Assembly (NCBI GenBank): GCA_051599415.1
Contig: AP039711.1
Coordinates: forward strand, 62,001-126,000
Source: Savitreella phatthalungensis
Lineage: Eukaryota
Length of the DNA: 64,000 nt
Direction of reading: 5' to 3'
The notes under the pieces are model-generated. The model saw only the letters and a program-made list of their open reading frames with translations, made no database searches and was not told the origin of the DNA. Shown in pieces: positions 1 through 10,490 of the stretch (its first letter is position 1; each line of letters opens with the position of its first letter). The position numbers and the translations under genes were made by a program.

Positions 1-3000
1 CCGCGTCGAGCATGAGCTGGATGAGGTTGTTGCGGATCATGCTCATCCCGTTCTTGTACTCGTCTCGGTCGAGTCTGTATCGGATGGTGTTTGGGGTATC
101 CTTCGCACGCTGCATGCCCTTGAACAGCTGGCGTGAGATGGCGTCAAAGTCATCGAGCGGGCTTCTAGAGTCTCTCAAGGGTCGATCGACATGAACTTCG
201 ACCTCGTGTGGTGTGATCCTGGTGATGAATCCGCTAGCAATCGCATAGACGCCGCGCTCGTCGGAAATGACAATTGGATCCTGCTCGGCAATGTGTCCAT
301 TATCGAGAAAGGTGTGCTCGTGATGAGCCCGCTGAAGTCTATACGTCCACTGCATCATCCTGCCGCGCTCCGGCTCGTGGTGCTCGCTGCCTGGGACAAC
401 AATGATCTGCGCATAGCATCCGCCACGAGCCTCTCGCTCCTTCGATGTCATATGCCACAACTCGTCCCTGAATCTGAAAAGTTGACCTTCCTCCTTGGTC
501 ACCAGCCACTCCCACTTGTTGAAGAAGTCAAGATGCTTCTTGGAGAGATGCTTCGTCCTCTCCAGGAAGACTTCTTTGAGGCCGGAGGTGTCGCCGTCGC
601 CGTCGTCGAATGCGCGGTGATACACAAAGCAGGCATCACCAGCATAGCAGCTCTTGCATCTGTACGCGTTCTGGAGCATGCTCGGCAGACTTTTTGCCTT
701 GATATAACCAGCGAGCTCGTTGCGCATCTGGATCAGACCTCTGACCTCGTTGTGCTGCCTGACGACGCGTGAGGTCTGGCAGGTCTCGAGGTAGTAGAGA
801 TACCCTGCTGTGACATCGATCCCGTAGCGCTCCGACATCATGAGTGTATAGAGGATTGTCTGAGCGCGGTGACTTGCAACAGAGCGCTCGGCATTGCCGG
901 TCTTGAACTCTAGCGGTGCCGCATGCAGATCGTCACCGACAGCCATCGTCGTCGTGACATCTACGTTACCCTTCAGACCGTAGAGTGGCGACCAGAAGCG
1001 CTCTTCGACCTCGAGAATCTCCCTGACGCCGAGCGCCACCTGCCCGACTGCTCGGACGTCATGACCACGAGTGGGCTGCGGCGCACTCAGCTTGTCTGGA
1101 CCGACGTACTTGGTCGCCCACTGCTGGAGCAGGAGCGTCTTATCATACAAGTAGTCCTTGGCAGCCGGAATGCTCTCGTCGAGCAAGAAAAGCTGCTCGA
1201 GGTTACTCTTAGTTTGACGGTCGACTTCTGCGCGGACAAAGCTGTCGGAGAAGTCGTCCTTGAGGAGGGCGGCTTGAAGGACTTCGTGAAGGATGCTTCC
1301 GTAGAGTAAAGGCTTCGATAGCTGTGATGCCGCCTTGACGCGGTCCTGCAAGGCGGCCTTACGCATGCACGTATGCGTATCCGCGACCGATGTTGCAGAG
1401 ACGAGGACGTCTGGGTGGACAACGACGAGTCCAGACGTCGCTGTTGCAACAAAGGTCGTCTCGTCAAGCCACGTCCCGTGTAATCGTACTGTATCGCCAG
1501 GATTCAATGTCATGTCACGCCAGTCATCTCTCAGCAATGCTTCCACCCATGCACCTCCTTCCCCGTCAGTCCCATGCTCTTGTTTCCTTCTTCCGCTTCC
1601 TGATGCCTGTGAGTTTCCTGCGAGCTGCAACTTACACTTTGTTTGACCATCTTCGTTTATCACTTGGCCGACAACGTACATGGACACGTCTCGGTGTTGT
1701 TTCTGTGGCTATAACGCATTAGTATCATCATTCTTGTTCATCTTTTCTTCATCAGTGTCATCATCATCGTCATCATCAAAGGGTCTGTGTCTCTGTCTCG
1801 GTCTAGGTGCTTGTGGTTGAAGCGTCTAGCGGCGGGGTTCAAGTTCGACTCATGTGGTGGTGGAGGATTGATGTCTTCTGTATGTCATACCTCTTCAAAG
1901 TCTGAGAAGTTATCGTCTTCGTCAAGCAGCATATCCAATTCTTCCTTTGATAGTGTCGAGTCCTGACGCTGGATTGACGATAGTTTGGCCACGGCTGAGT
2001 CTGCCTGTTGGGTGGCTGCGAGAAAGACCTCGTCGTCTATCCCCTCGCCATAGTCTGAGCTCTGTCCCGGTGACTTGACTGGGGACAGTTGTGGTGGAGG
2101 CGGCTTTCTGGGCGTCTGGAATGCAGGGATCCGTGTCAGTTCGGCTAGCTCAGCGTCTAGACCATCACTTCCGAAGTCATCGGATGTGTCCGCAGCACTG
2201 ATCTCCACAGGAGGTGGCCTCCTTGCAGGGTATGCAGCAGGCGCAGACTTGACTGACTTGGGTGCAGCTCTCTGAAGTGGCGATGGCGTGTTGACAGAGG
2301 CTTCACCCGTCTTTAGTTCCGTCACAATGGAGTGCGGCGAGTCAATCAATGGCTGTTGTTGCGGACGTGAGTGTAGCTGATGCTGTGCCTGCTGGTGCTG
2401 TGCCTGCTGCTGCTGCTGCGCTTGCTGTTGCTGCCGCTGCTTTGCATCGGTGACATGCTGAATCTCTGCGAGGATTCCACGGACTTTGCTTGCGTCACCT
2501 CCGAGCTTTCTCCGCTTACGGGATCTTGCATCACCCATCGGCATGGAAGTGCTTCGCCGGAGTGACTTGTCTCCGTTGACCTGATCAAAAGCACCGCTGG
2601 TTGGTTGCTGCTCCTGTCCCTGCCGCAGCTGGAGGTTGTGACTGTGATTGTGGGTTTGCTGCTTGTATGGTCTGTCGAGCATGCCTGGACTGAGTTCGAG
2701 GTCCAGGTGTGGCAGAGGGTCATGGTTGGCGAGGTCTTGTCTGGAAGCCGACGTTCTCTCGACTGCGTTGGCTGCCTTCCGAGATGGCGTCACTAATACA
2801 CGACTCTGGGATGCCTGGAACATGTCAAGGACCTCGTTCACGCTGAAGTGGTGTTGTCTCTGGGAGGCTGTTTGTCCAGGGATGTGTGCTGGCGGGGATA
2901 CTTTCCAATGTACGCGTTCCTGGCTGCTGGACGGCTCGACATCGGTTTGCGCTGGAGCAGCAGGAAATCCAAGGAGGTTAGAGTCTGTCAGCATGCTTGC

Positions 3001-3342
3001 GAGACCTTTGTGCGGCGTGACTGTGTGAGCAGCAATAGGAGCAGCGACAGAAGGAGGAATCAGCGCAGAAGCTACTACTCGAGCTTGAGCTGGAACTGGA
3101 GCAGGAGCAGGAGCTTTAGCTGAAGCTTGAGCTTGAGCATTTGCAGGAGCTCCCTGAGCAATCCCAGTAAGCTTTGCCATGGTTATCTGTGCTGATTTGG
3201 CCGCTGGTCCTGTTGTTGACCCACCAGCATGATTCTCTTTACTTGCATGCCCTCCGAACTTCCTGTAGATGCCTCCAGCAGGCGGCTTTGAAGGTTTGGA
3301 AGGTCCGCCATTGAAGAATGACTCTTGTGGACGCCTATACAT
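1..3342 (-). CDS. DNA2: DNA replication nuclease/helicase Dna2, 5' part (exon 1 3342-1891, intron 1890-1709, exon 2 1708-<1, runs off window)
   Basis: Manual translation of the minus strand below 1708 gives HPDVLVSATSVADTHTCMRKAALQDRVK, EERFWSPLYGLKGNVDVT, PLEFKTG, HRAQTILYTLMMSERY and YRLDRDEYKNGMSMIRNNL, all Dna2 nuclease-region motifs. ORF 1885-3390 supplies the disordered N-terminus, joined in phase 0 by the intron. First ATG at 3342. Confidence 0.93.
1709..1890 (-). other. Spliceosomal intron of DNA2 (182 nt)
   Basis: Donor GTATGA at 1890, branch TACTAAT ~10 nt before acceptor TAG ending at 1709. Splicing removes the TGA at 1885 and joins EE|PQK in frame. Confidence 0.85.
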
Positions 3343-3405
3343 AGCGTCTTTGAGAAGGTCTAGGAAGTCATAGATAGAGCGCTCTTTCAATTAGACTTGA
3401 GCGCG

Positions 3406-3411
3406 ACGCGT
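3406..3411. promoter_or_regulatory. MCB-like element (ACGCGT) upstream of DNA2
   Basis: gcgcgACGCGT ~65 bp upstream of the ATG, with more CGCG cores near 3528-3540. MBF/MCB control of replication genes is established in yeasts. Confidence 0.5.
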
Positions 3412-3823
3412 ATTTGATCTCTATAAGCCCCTAGAAGCAATAACAAAGGTCTTTGAAGACGTCTGAGGTGTGTTTGAGCTCGTTGTTGAGGGTGATGGGA
3501 GTGTTGAGGACGTTGTTTTTGTGAGATACGCGGTCGCGTCTATATTTTGCATGTTCTTTTTGTACGATCAAATTCATGTGGAGATTGAATGAGTGAGTGA
3601 TCAAAAGGTTTGTGTAACACGTCACAGAACTCATCCACACTTCTTCAAGACGACGTCAGACTTGTCTCTGAAGGAGATTAGTAGCCTGTGAGCAGCTTGT
3701 AAGGCTTGAGACTACGCTTCAAAGGGAGTAGGTCGAAGTAGGTCGAAGTCTGGTGAAGTATTTGAAGTGTTGGTGGAGTATACACGGATCTATGACCTGT
3801 GCTTAAAGATCTCTCGAAGAGGA

Positions 3824-5458
3824 ATGGATCGGTTGCAGACGCCTAAACGGCCAAGAGAATCTATCCCTAGAGGTGATACAGGCTCTCCAAGCAGGGACGC
3901 TGCTACTCAGACAGATAGGTCTTCCTCTAGAGATCAGGTCACTCCTGCAGGCCGACTATCCACAGAGACAAGTCCTGTATCGACGCCATTGTCGAAGCTT
4001 CAAGTCCAGAACTCTACCACCCAAGAAGAAGCATCACCTGCACTCTCGACCTCTTCCCTGTCACCCTACCGCCCTGGGACGCCTGGCATTGTAAATCGAT
4101 CTGGAGCTGCGTATTCTTCTCCAGGGGAGCCATCTAGCTTGACGCCTAGCCATACAAGCTATGGAAGCCACGGAAGTCACCTGCATGGATCCTCGAACGC
4201 TAGTGGTTCTCCCAGAAGTCGATCACCGATTGCAGCAGTCAAGAAACTCCTTCGACCGAAACCTCGACCTGGTTTGAGCCGTAACAAGTCTGCGATTCGG
4301 CAGCGTGAGATTCCCATCACTGAGCTTGCCATCTACTTTGCCGTCTACAAGACTGTGCTTGTTGGGTTGGCCTTTCTAGGATCTCACCTGGGCACGTATG
4401 ATACATCGTCTCGGTTGCTGCCGGGCGTTTTGCAGCACTGGGACACGGTTTTCTTCAATCAGATTGCTCGCGATGGCGGGTACACTTACGAGCAGCAGTT
4501 CGCCTTTGGTCCACTGCTTCCTGCACTTGTGCGGTTTGTTGATCCAATGGTGATCGGCCTACTGGGCCACTTTATCGCGATCGTCTCGTTCTATAGAGTA
4601 TCGTTCTACGCGACTTCCTCCGAGCGGCTTGCGCTCATCTCCTCCCTCCTCCATATCGTCAACCCAGCAGGCATCTTCCTGTGCGTTGGCTACACCGAGA
4701 GTGTCTACTGCGCTCTCACATTTACCGCACTCTCGCTCCTCCACAAGCACAACTACGCGGCCGCCTTGTTGTTTGGGATCTCTGGATTGACTAGAGCGAC
4801 GGGCATCCTGAATGTTCTTTACTTTTTACCTAAACGGCCAGAGGCCCCTAGACTGATCAAGTCTGCAGTGCTCGCCTGCATCGTCGTCGCTCCATGGGCG
4901 CTCACCCAGGCGTATGCTTGGTATGTCTTCTGCTACGCTGCCCAACCTTCAGGTGGAATGCGGGTAGGCAAAACGCTGGCCGACGCTGCTGTGAGAGCTG
5001 CCTACGCCGGTACACAAGGATCCCACGCTGGAGCATCCCTGGCTGATGTGCAGATCGACGGGATCGAATGGCCTCGGCCTTGGTGTAGACAGACTCCGGC
5101 ACTCGTGTACTCGTTCGTACAGGACGGCTACTGGAATGTCGGCTTTGGTCGGTACTTCACATTGTCGAACCTACCACTGTTCCTGATGGCTGCTCCGACA
5201 TATGCGATCCTCTTGCTCTCCGCAGACCTCTCCGTCGGCGGCATTCAGCAGATCCTACTCACCCTGCTGACCTTCTCGTCTGCACACGCGCAGATCATCG
5301 TCCGCATGGTCAGCGCCTTCCCACACGTCTACTGGCATATCGCCCGCAAGCTCGTCCAGCGTCCACACGAGCGTCGTTGGCCAGCCCTGATTGGCTTCTT
5401 CATCGCTTACGGCTGTGTGCAGGCTGTCCTTTACGGTGCCTTCCTCCCACCAGCGTAA
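3824..5458 (+). CDS. GPI18: GPI mannosyltransferase 2 (PIG-V/Gpi18) with long Ser/Pro-rich N-terminal extension
   Basis: Motifs WDTVFF..IA..GYTYEQQFAFGP, NPAGIFL..GYTES, YSFVQ..YWNVGF.RYF and C-terminal GAFLPPA. First ATG at 3824. Confidence 0.92.
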   Translation: MDRLQTPKRPRESIPRGDTGSPSRDAATQTDRSSSRDQVTPAGRLSTETSPVSTPLSKLQVQNSTTQEEASPALSTSSLSPYRPGTPGIVNRSGAAYSSPGEPSSLTPSHTSYGSHGSHLHGSSNASGSPRSRSPIAAVKKLLRPKPRPGLSRNKSAIRQREIPITELAIYFAVYKTVLVGLAFLGSHLGTYDTSSRLLPGVLQHWDTVFFNQIARDGGYTYEQQFAFGPLLPALVRFVDPMVIGLLGHFIAIVSFYRVSFYATSSERLALISSLLHIVNPAGIFLCVGYTESVYCALTFTALSLLHKHNYAAALLFGISGLTRATGILNVLYFLPKRPEAPRLIKSAVLACIVVAPWALTQAYAWYVFCYAAQPSGGMRVGKTLADAAVRAAYAGTQGSHAGASLADVQIDGIEWPRPWCRQTPALVYSFVQDGYWNVGFGRYFTLSNLPLFLMAAPTYAILLLSADLSVGGIQQILLTLLTFSSAHAQIIVRMVSAFPHVYWHIARKLVQRPHERRWPALIGFFIAYGCVQAVLYGAFLPPA

Positions 5459-5559
5459 GCCCACTCACAGATCCTTTCGATATCAGCACACACATACAAA
5501 TACATGTACTTTAGCCCCTTTCATCGAATGCTCTGTCTTTCAATGCCTTCCCTCAGCTG

Positions 5560-6366
5560 TCAGAACCCGAGCATCCGAGCGACTCTTGCTGGCACGCCAG
5601 CGACGCCTGCAGGTCTAACATCCAGGTAGAATGACGGCATTGAAAGTTTCCCTCCTCCTCCTCCTCCTCCTCCTCCTCCTCCTCCTGTGTTTGCGGACTT
5701 TCCCTTGTAGAAGTCGATGACGTACTCGACCTTGTCCTTGCCGCAGCGCTCGATTGTCCAGAAGTGAGTATCGAATGGTGGTGTGTAGCCTAGGAATGAC
5801 CTGAGCCTTGCCTTTGGGGTGACGTGTGTTTTGTCTCCCCTGAACTGCACGAGCTTGATCCCTCCTGGACACTTTCCCCCCTTGAACCCTTCACTGACAT
5901 CCCGACCTCCACCATCGAGATGAGGACGCTCCCATGCCATGACCTCCTCCCACGCCCGCTCGTTGACGGCGTTGTGGATATCTAGCATTGCCGGGACGTC
6001 GATTGGTTTGGTGTTGGTGAAGCCCTTCCGGAGTACGGCGTTGTAGAATTGCTGCTGGGATGGGTACTCCCACTTGTCTTCTTCTCCTGCAGGACATGCG
6101 CTCGCTGCCGCACCTGATCCAGACTCCTCTGACGTTTTCGGGATCGTCGACATTGTCCGACGGGTGTCCAAGTCGATCGTCTGGCCGCGCGCTCGCAGCT
6201 GAGATTCTACTGGCATGTTGTTACGCGGGTTGACTCGATTGTTAGAGTCCTGGGTACCAGCATCGTGCTGCACAGGACATCCACCAGAACTCCGTCCAAG
6301 GTCAGCTGGCGTCTTGGCTGTAGACGGCGCGTCTGGAGTTGAGGTCTCTTGACTCATCCACTTCAT
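5560..6366 (-). CDS. CYT2: Holocytochrome c-type synthase, most like cytochrome c1 heme lyase
   Basis: CPV heme motif, WEYPS..QFYNA..RKG, IHNAVNERAW.E...WE, YVIDFY, FYLDVRP. CYT2 versus CYC3 judged from HNAVNERAW and LGY..PFD. ATG at 6366. Confidence 0.85.
   Translation of the reverse strand: MKWMSQETSTPDAPSTAKTPADLGRSSGGCPVQHDAGTQDSNNRVNPRNNMPVESQLRARGQTIDLDTRRTMSTIPKTSEESGSGAAASACPAGEEDKWEYPSQQQFYNAVLRKGFTNTKPIDVPAMLDIHNAVNERAWEEVMAWERPHLDGGGRDVSEGFKGGKCPGGIKLVQFRGDKTHVTPKARLRSFLGYTPPFDTHFWTIERCGKDKVEYVIDFYKGKSANTGGGGGGGGGGGGKLSMPSFYLDVRPAGVAGVPARVARMLGF
5651..5686. repeat. (CCT)12 microsatellite encoding poly-Gly in the heme lyase
   Basis: Perfect trinucleotide run that translates as 12 Gly on the minus strand. 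Confidence 0.95.
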
Positions 6367-6582
6367 CTTCAATGATCCGAGGAAGCCAGCGACTCCAAGG
6401 GATGAAGAGAAGAGATGTCTTGAAGGTTGTGAGGGGGCAAGAGCGAAGGGAGTGATGTGGAAGAGTGTCACAAGGGTCAGGGATTTTTTAAACTTTCGTT
6501 TTTTGGGTTTCTATTATTAGATCATCATATATGCTCGTAATCCTGCTGTTTGGTCTCTCTGAACGGAACGTCCTCGGTGACT

Positions 6583-8169
6583 TTACAGTCGAGCAATTTC
6601 CTTCAAACCTTCGTTCATGAATGTAACAACGACCTCTGCCCTGTCGGGATCCATCTGAGTCGTGATAACTTCGATGAATCGGTCGTTGTTGAGTGTTCTC
6701 GCTCGACGGAGATGCTTGAGTAGGTGTCTTGTTGGGATTGCAGGCAGTAGATCGATGTAGGCCTCGTTGAACCGGCTATCGTTGGCGTCGACGCCGGTGA
6801 CGACGCGCCTGAGGATCCCGTGAGAGTCTTCCGCTGCTTTCCCTTGAGAGCTCCACAGCAGTCTGGACAGCAGCGTCTTTGGGGTTCTCCCGGGATCAGT
6901 CTGGACCTGCTGGTTGTCACCACCGCGAGCATCGTCACCCTTGACTGCGCCGTCTTCGTCCTCGTCATCTTCCGAATGATCAGCAGCAAGACCGGCTCGA
7001 TAGAGGGCTACGACGGCCAATCTAAGCTGTCGTTCGCTCGCTGAATCCACCAGGACGTCAACGAACTCCGTCACGCGCCTGCGCAATAGGCCGAAGTGAT
7101 GGGTGAACAATGACAGAGCGACCGATAGCGACAGCTCGTCTACAGCCGCACTCGACAGATCACTCCCCGTCGTCGTCGTTGCCACCGCTGTTGTCGTGGC
7201 CGATCCCGGTTTCTCCTTCTGCGTCCTACGGAACCCAGGATGTAGCAGCTTGTCGACGAGGGAGGACACCTTGTCGTGCGGGACCTGATCTGCATGAGTC
7301 TCGAGGACGAGTTTCGACCATGGATCTTCGAGGTCGAGAATGCAAAAGACGACGTAGTCTTTGATCTTTGACTCGACGAGATCGGAAGCAAGTGCGAAGA
7401 TGGCCTGCCACTGCGGGTACTCGTTCTTGTCCTTGAAGACCTTGAGAGTCTCGTACAAGGCCCATCCTGCGTCTGAAGCTCGTTTCGAGACAGGTGCTTT
7501 TTCTGCTAGCCTCTCCAGGATGCCGATCGTGGAGAGGAAGTGGGTACTTCTGAAGCTGAGGGTCTTCAGGAGCTCCTGGTCCGAGAGTCGTGGCGTATTG
7601 TCGAGCATTTCCCTGACGACGCGCGTGTACACGCCCAGCTCCTTCTCTCGCGCTTGCAAAAAACGCGACCTGTGGAGTGCACCAACTGACTCGACGACAA
7701 ATCTGCTCCCAAACACCCGAGCATCCGTGAACGAGATGGTAGCGAGCACGGCAGCACGGCGTTCGACTGTCTCATCTTGCGGCAACGCATCCGCTGCTTT
7801 TCGTAGCACTTTCTCGTAAATTTCAGGCCGTTCTACTGTGAATGCGCCTGCCAACACGCCCTTCCGCCACACATCTCCATGTCTTAGAATGGTCGTCCCG
7901 ATTGCTGAAGCAAAGACTGGATGAAGTTCTTCCGTCTTGATCATCTTCCTCATCGACACAATCTTGTACGCTAGATCCACAGGCTCAATAGTCTCCCATA
8001 GCGGCGATCTCAAGAGCTTCCGTACGAGCAAGGACACGTTCCGTGGGTTTCTCAACCGATCAAGTGTTCGAAGTCCATCATAAACAAGCTGCGCACTTGC
8101 CTGTGGGTCGGAAAACACTCCAGCTGAATCTAGAGAACTCAAAGTCAGTTCTAGAAGCCTCTCCGTCAT
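6583..8169 (-). CDS. PEX8: Probable peroxin Pex8
   Basis: N-terminus M.ERLL..TL.SL...L.NP.NVSLL...LL.SP.W resembles fungal Pex8. Helical composition and C-terminal PTS1 tripeptide ARL. Confidence 0.7.
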   Translation of the reverse strand: MTERLLELTLSSLDSAGVFSDPQASAQLVYDGLRTLDRLRNPRNVSLLVRKLLRSPLWETIEPVDLAYKIVSMRKMIKTEELHPVFASAIGTTILRHGDVWRKGVLAGAFTVERPEIYEKVLRKAADALPQDETVERRAAVLATISFTDARVFGSRFVVESVGALHRSRFLQAREKELGVYTRVVREMLDNTPRLSDQELLKTLSFRSTHFLSTIGILERLAEKAPVSKRASDAGWALYETLKVFKDKNEYPQWQAIFALASDLVESKIKDYVVFCILDLEDPWSKLVLETHADQVPHDKVSSLVDKLLHPGFRRTQKEKPGSATTTAVATTTTGSDLSSAAVDELSLSVALSLFTHHFGLLRRRVTEFVDVLVDSASERQLRLAVVALYRAGLAADHSEDDEDEDGAVKGDDARGGDNQQVQTDPGRTPKTLLSRLLWSSQGKAAEDSHGILRRVVTGVDANDSRFNEAYIDLLPAIPTRHLLKHLRRARTLNNDRFIEVITTQMDPDRAEVVVTFMNEGLKEIARL

Positions 8170-8449
8170 GACTAGAAGTCTTCAGAATGCTGTGAACGAT
8201 GTCTAGAGGAGAGTGATGGAGAGTCTTTTGTGGTTGTACGAGTGGTTGTATGAGTGCGGGGGGAAAGGGTAGTACAAAGAGATGGATTTATATGCACGTG
8301 AAAGTTGAATCAGACTGAACAGGTTACGCATCACATGCAACTACACACTTTACCTCTACAATAGACACCTACAGCTCTATTCATTCGACGTAGACTACAG
8401 AAGAAGCTCTCCAGAAGAGGATTTGGCTTGTGTTATTGGTGTTATAGCC

Positions 8450-10471
8450 ATGCCTGCTCAGAGTAGAGGTCTTGGAGATGAGCCTGACCTGGAATTGGAG
8501 GAGGAGACTGAGGTTGAAGAGTCCCTGGTCAATCCACAGCCAGACACAGAGAGCTATTACCACACGCTGAACCTGTCTCGGTCGGCAACAGATGCTCAGA
8601 TCCGTGAGTCACACAGACGGCTTTCTCGCCTGTTTCACCCTGACAAGCATGCTGGCCGATCTGGGTCATCTGAGGACGATGACGCTTCCGCTGTGCTTCG
8701 ACAGACTGCAGATCGGAAGTTCCAGGCTGTGCAACGCGCATTCGAGGTGCTCTCTGACCCGCGTCAGCGTGCTGTGTATGATACCCTTGGTGAGGAAGGT
8801 CTGTCTATGAAGCTCGACACGGTCGGACATCTTCACAAGACGGCTGATGAGCTTGACGCGTACTTCCGACGACAGGCGCGCCAGGCTCGCGTGGACGAGC
8901 TTGACCGGCTCGTTCAGGCCCGCGGGGAGAGCGCACTGTCGGTGGATGCGCGGTCGCTGTTTGGTGAGCGTGTTGTGGTTGAGTCTGGTGGGATGCGGTT
9001 TGGGATGCGGATTCAGACGACGAGGAAGGCTACGCTGGCTGAGCGATTCGGGGATGTACACTTCCGTGGGATGGCTCTCAGACACGCCTACACGATCCCC
9101 TTCAGCTTCGGCTGGCTGGCAGACCCTCTGTCGCTGATGAAGACAGCGGCCGAGCGGAAAGAGGATCCGTCCGTCGACGCAGACGACAACGTCGTCCTCC
9201 AGACAGACGACCTCAATTCTTCCCTCACTTTCACAGGCCATGCGAATGCGAATCACCGCAAAGGCTCACTCGCTTATGGCTTCCTTGCCACACTTCGTCA
9301 CAGCTTCTCCTCAAAGACCTCGATTGAGACTTCGATACCCATCCTCCCTCCACGCATCCTCAAGGCAAAGATCGTCCACGCGCCTGCCAACGACCACTTC
9401 TACACGGTCGATCTCGGCATCCTGCCTACCTTGGCAGTCCCGCCAGACGTGAGCTTCACTGCTGGTCGCCAGCTCACCAAGCGAGGTGTCGGGTTCGTGA
9501 CTGTGCGGAGTGGCTCTCCTTGGCGGTTGTTTGGGTGGGGTGAGGAGAGTGGCGGTGGTGGGACTTATGTTGTTGGCTTTACTAGTTCTCCGCTGCCTGG
9601 TGAGAGGAGTGGGTGGACAGGCCAGTTGATTACGAGTCTGCAGATGATCGGGTTTGCTGGTGACTACAACTACAATATCCCGCGCCTCGGCATCAAGCTG
9701 AAAGTTGGTGGATCCATCACGACTGCCGGCGGCGTGGCATGCTCTGCGAGCGCCACCCGCAAGGTCACCGCCCACTCTCGCCTCGGCGCCAACCTCACAG
9801 CCAACGCCCAAGCCTTCATTGTCAGGCTGACGTTCTCACGACTCGGTCAGAAATTCGCTCTGCCGGTGTACGTCGGCGATGGATTATTCAGACCGGTCGA
9901 CAGCTTTGTTTGGAGCGTGGTTGTGCCTGGAACGATTCTGGCGGCTGTGGAGTACTTTGCCGTACGGCCGCGTCGCCGTGCAAGGACGCTCGAGGTCGGT
10001 CGTCGGCGTAGGCAGAAACGCAAGGCTGACCTCGACCGCCAGAGGCAGGACGCTCTGGACTCAGTGGAGCTGATGCGGGACGCTGTTGGTCGCAGGCAGG
10101 ATCTCGCTACCTCTCGCCAGGGAGGTCTCGTCATCACGCGTGCCACCTTTGGTCACCCTGACGACAGGTCACAGCGGATTGACGTGGCAATTGCATTGGC
10201 TGCGATGATCACGTCGGATGGCGGTGCAACAAATCTCGGACCACCTCCTGCCTCCGCAGCGACTTCCTCCGACCAGCTCGTCATTCCAGCTGGACTGCCG
10301 TTCGCCAGACTGACAGGCTTCTACGACCCGTGCTACGGCGAGCTCCCTGGTGGCACCAAACGCCACAGAACCCTAGAGATCGAGTACCTGTTTGCTGGCG
10401 TCCGTCACGCCGTCACGATCTCCGACAAGGCTGCGGTCTCCCTGCCTTCGCGTGCTCACCGAATCGCATAG
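8450..10471 (+). CDS. DnaJ protein, DNAJC11-like (J domain, beta-rich middle, DUF3395-like C-terminus)
   Basis: YY.TLNL, FHPDKH and AFEVLSDP.QRAVYD..GEEGL J domain. C-terminal GLVIT.A.FG, IDV.I.L.A and L.GFYDPC.G motifs. ATG at 8450. Confidence 0.88.
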   Translation: MPAQSRGLGDEPDLELEEETEVEESLVNPQPDTESYYHTLNLSRSATDAQIRESHRRLSRLFHPDKHAGRSGSSEDDDASAVLRQTADRKFQAVQRAFEVLSDPRQRAVYDTLGEEGLSMKLDTVGHLHKTADELDAYFRRQARQARVDELDRLVQARGESALSVDARSLFGERVVVESGGMRFGMRIQTTRKATLAERFGDVHFRGMALRHAYTIPFSFGWLADPLSLMKTAAERKEDPSVDADDNVVLQTDDLNSSLTFTGHANANHRKGSLAYGFLATLRHSFSSKTSIETSIPILPPRILKAKIVHAPANDHFYTVDLGILPTLAVPPDVSFTAGRQLTKRGVGFVTVRSGSPWRLFGWGEESGGGGTYVVGFTSSPLPGERSGWTGQLITSLQMIGFAGDYNYNIPRLGIKLKVGGSITTAGGVACSASATRKVTAHSRLGANLTANAQAFIVRLTFSRLGQKFALPVYVGDGLFRPVDSFVWSVVVPGTILAAVEYFAVRPRRRARTLEVGRRRRQKRKADLDRQRQDALDSVELMRDAVGRRQDLATSRQGGLVITRATFGHPDDRSQRIDVAIALAAMITSDGGATNLGPPPASAATSSDQLVIPAGLPFARLTGFYDPCYGELPGGTKRHRTLEIEYLFAGVRHAVTISDKAAVSLPSRAHRIA

Positions 10472-10490
10472 CATGTTCATAGCATAGGGT

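Noticed and set aside
1558..1635. Possible second DNA2 intron (GTAAGT...CTGAC...AAG, 78 nt, minus strand)
   Set aside because: The frame is open without it, and splicing at the nearest AG would create TGA. Not supportable without RNA data.
1800..1865. tRNA-like A/B-box (GTTCGACTC) inside the DNA2 intron
   Set aside because: No cloverleaf stems can be formed.
1885..3390. Stand-alone 501-aa Gln-rich protein
   Set aside because: Better explained as exon 1 of DNA2; its stop lies just inside an intron donor.
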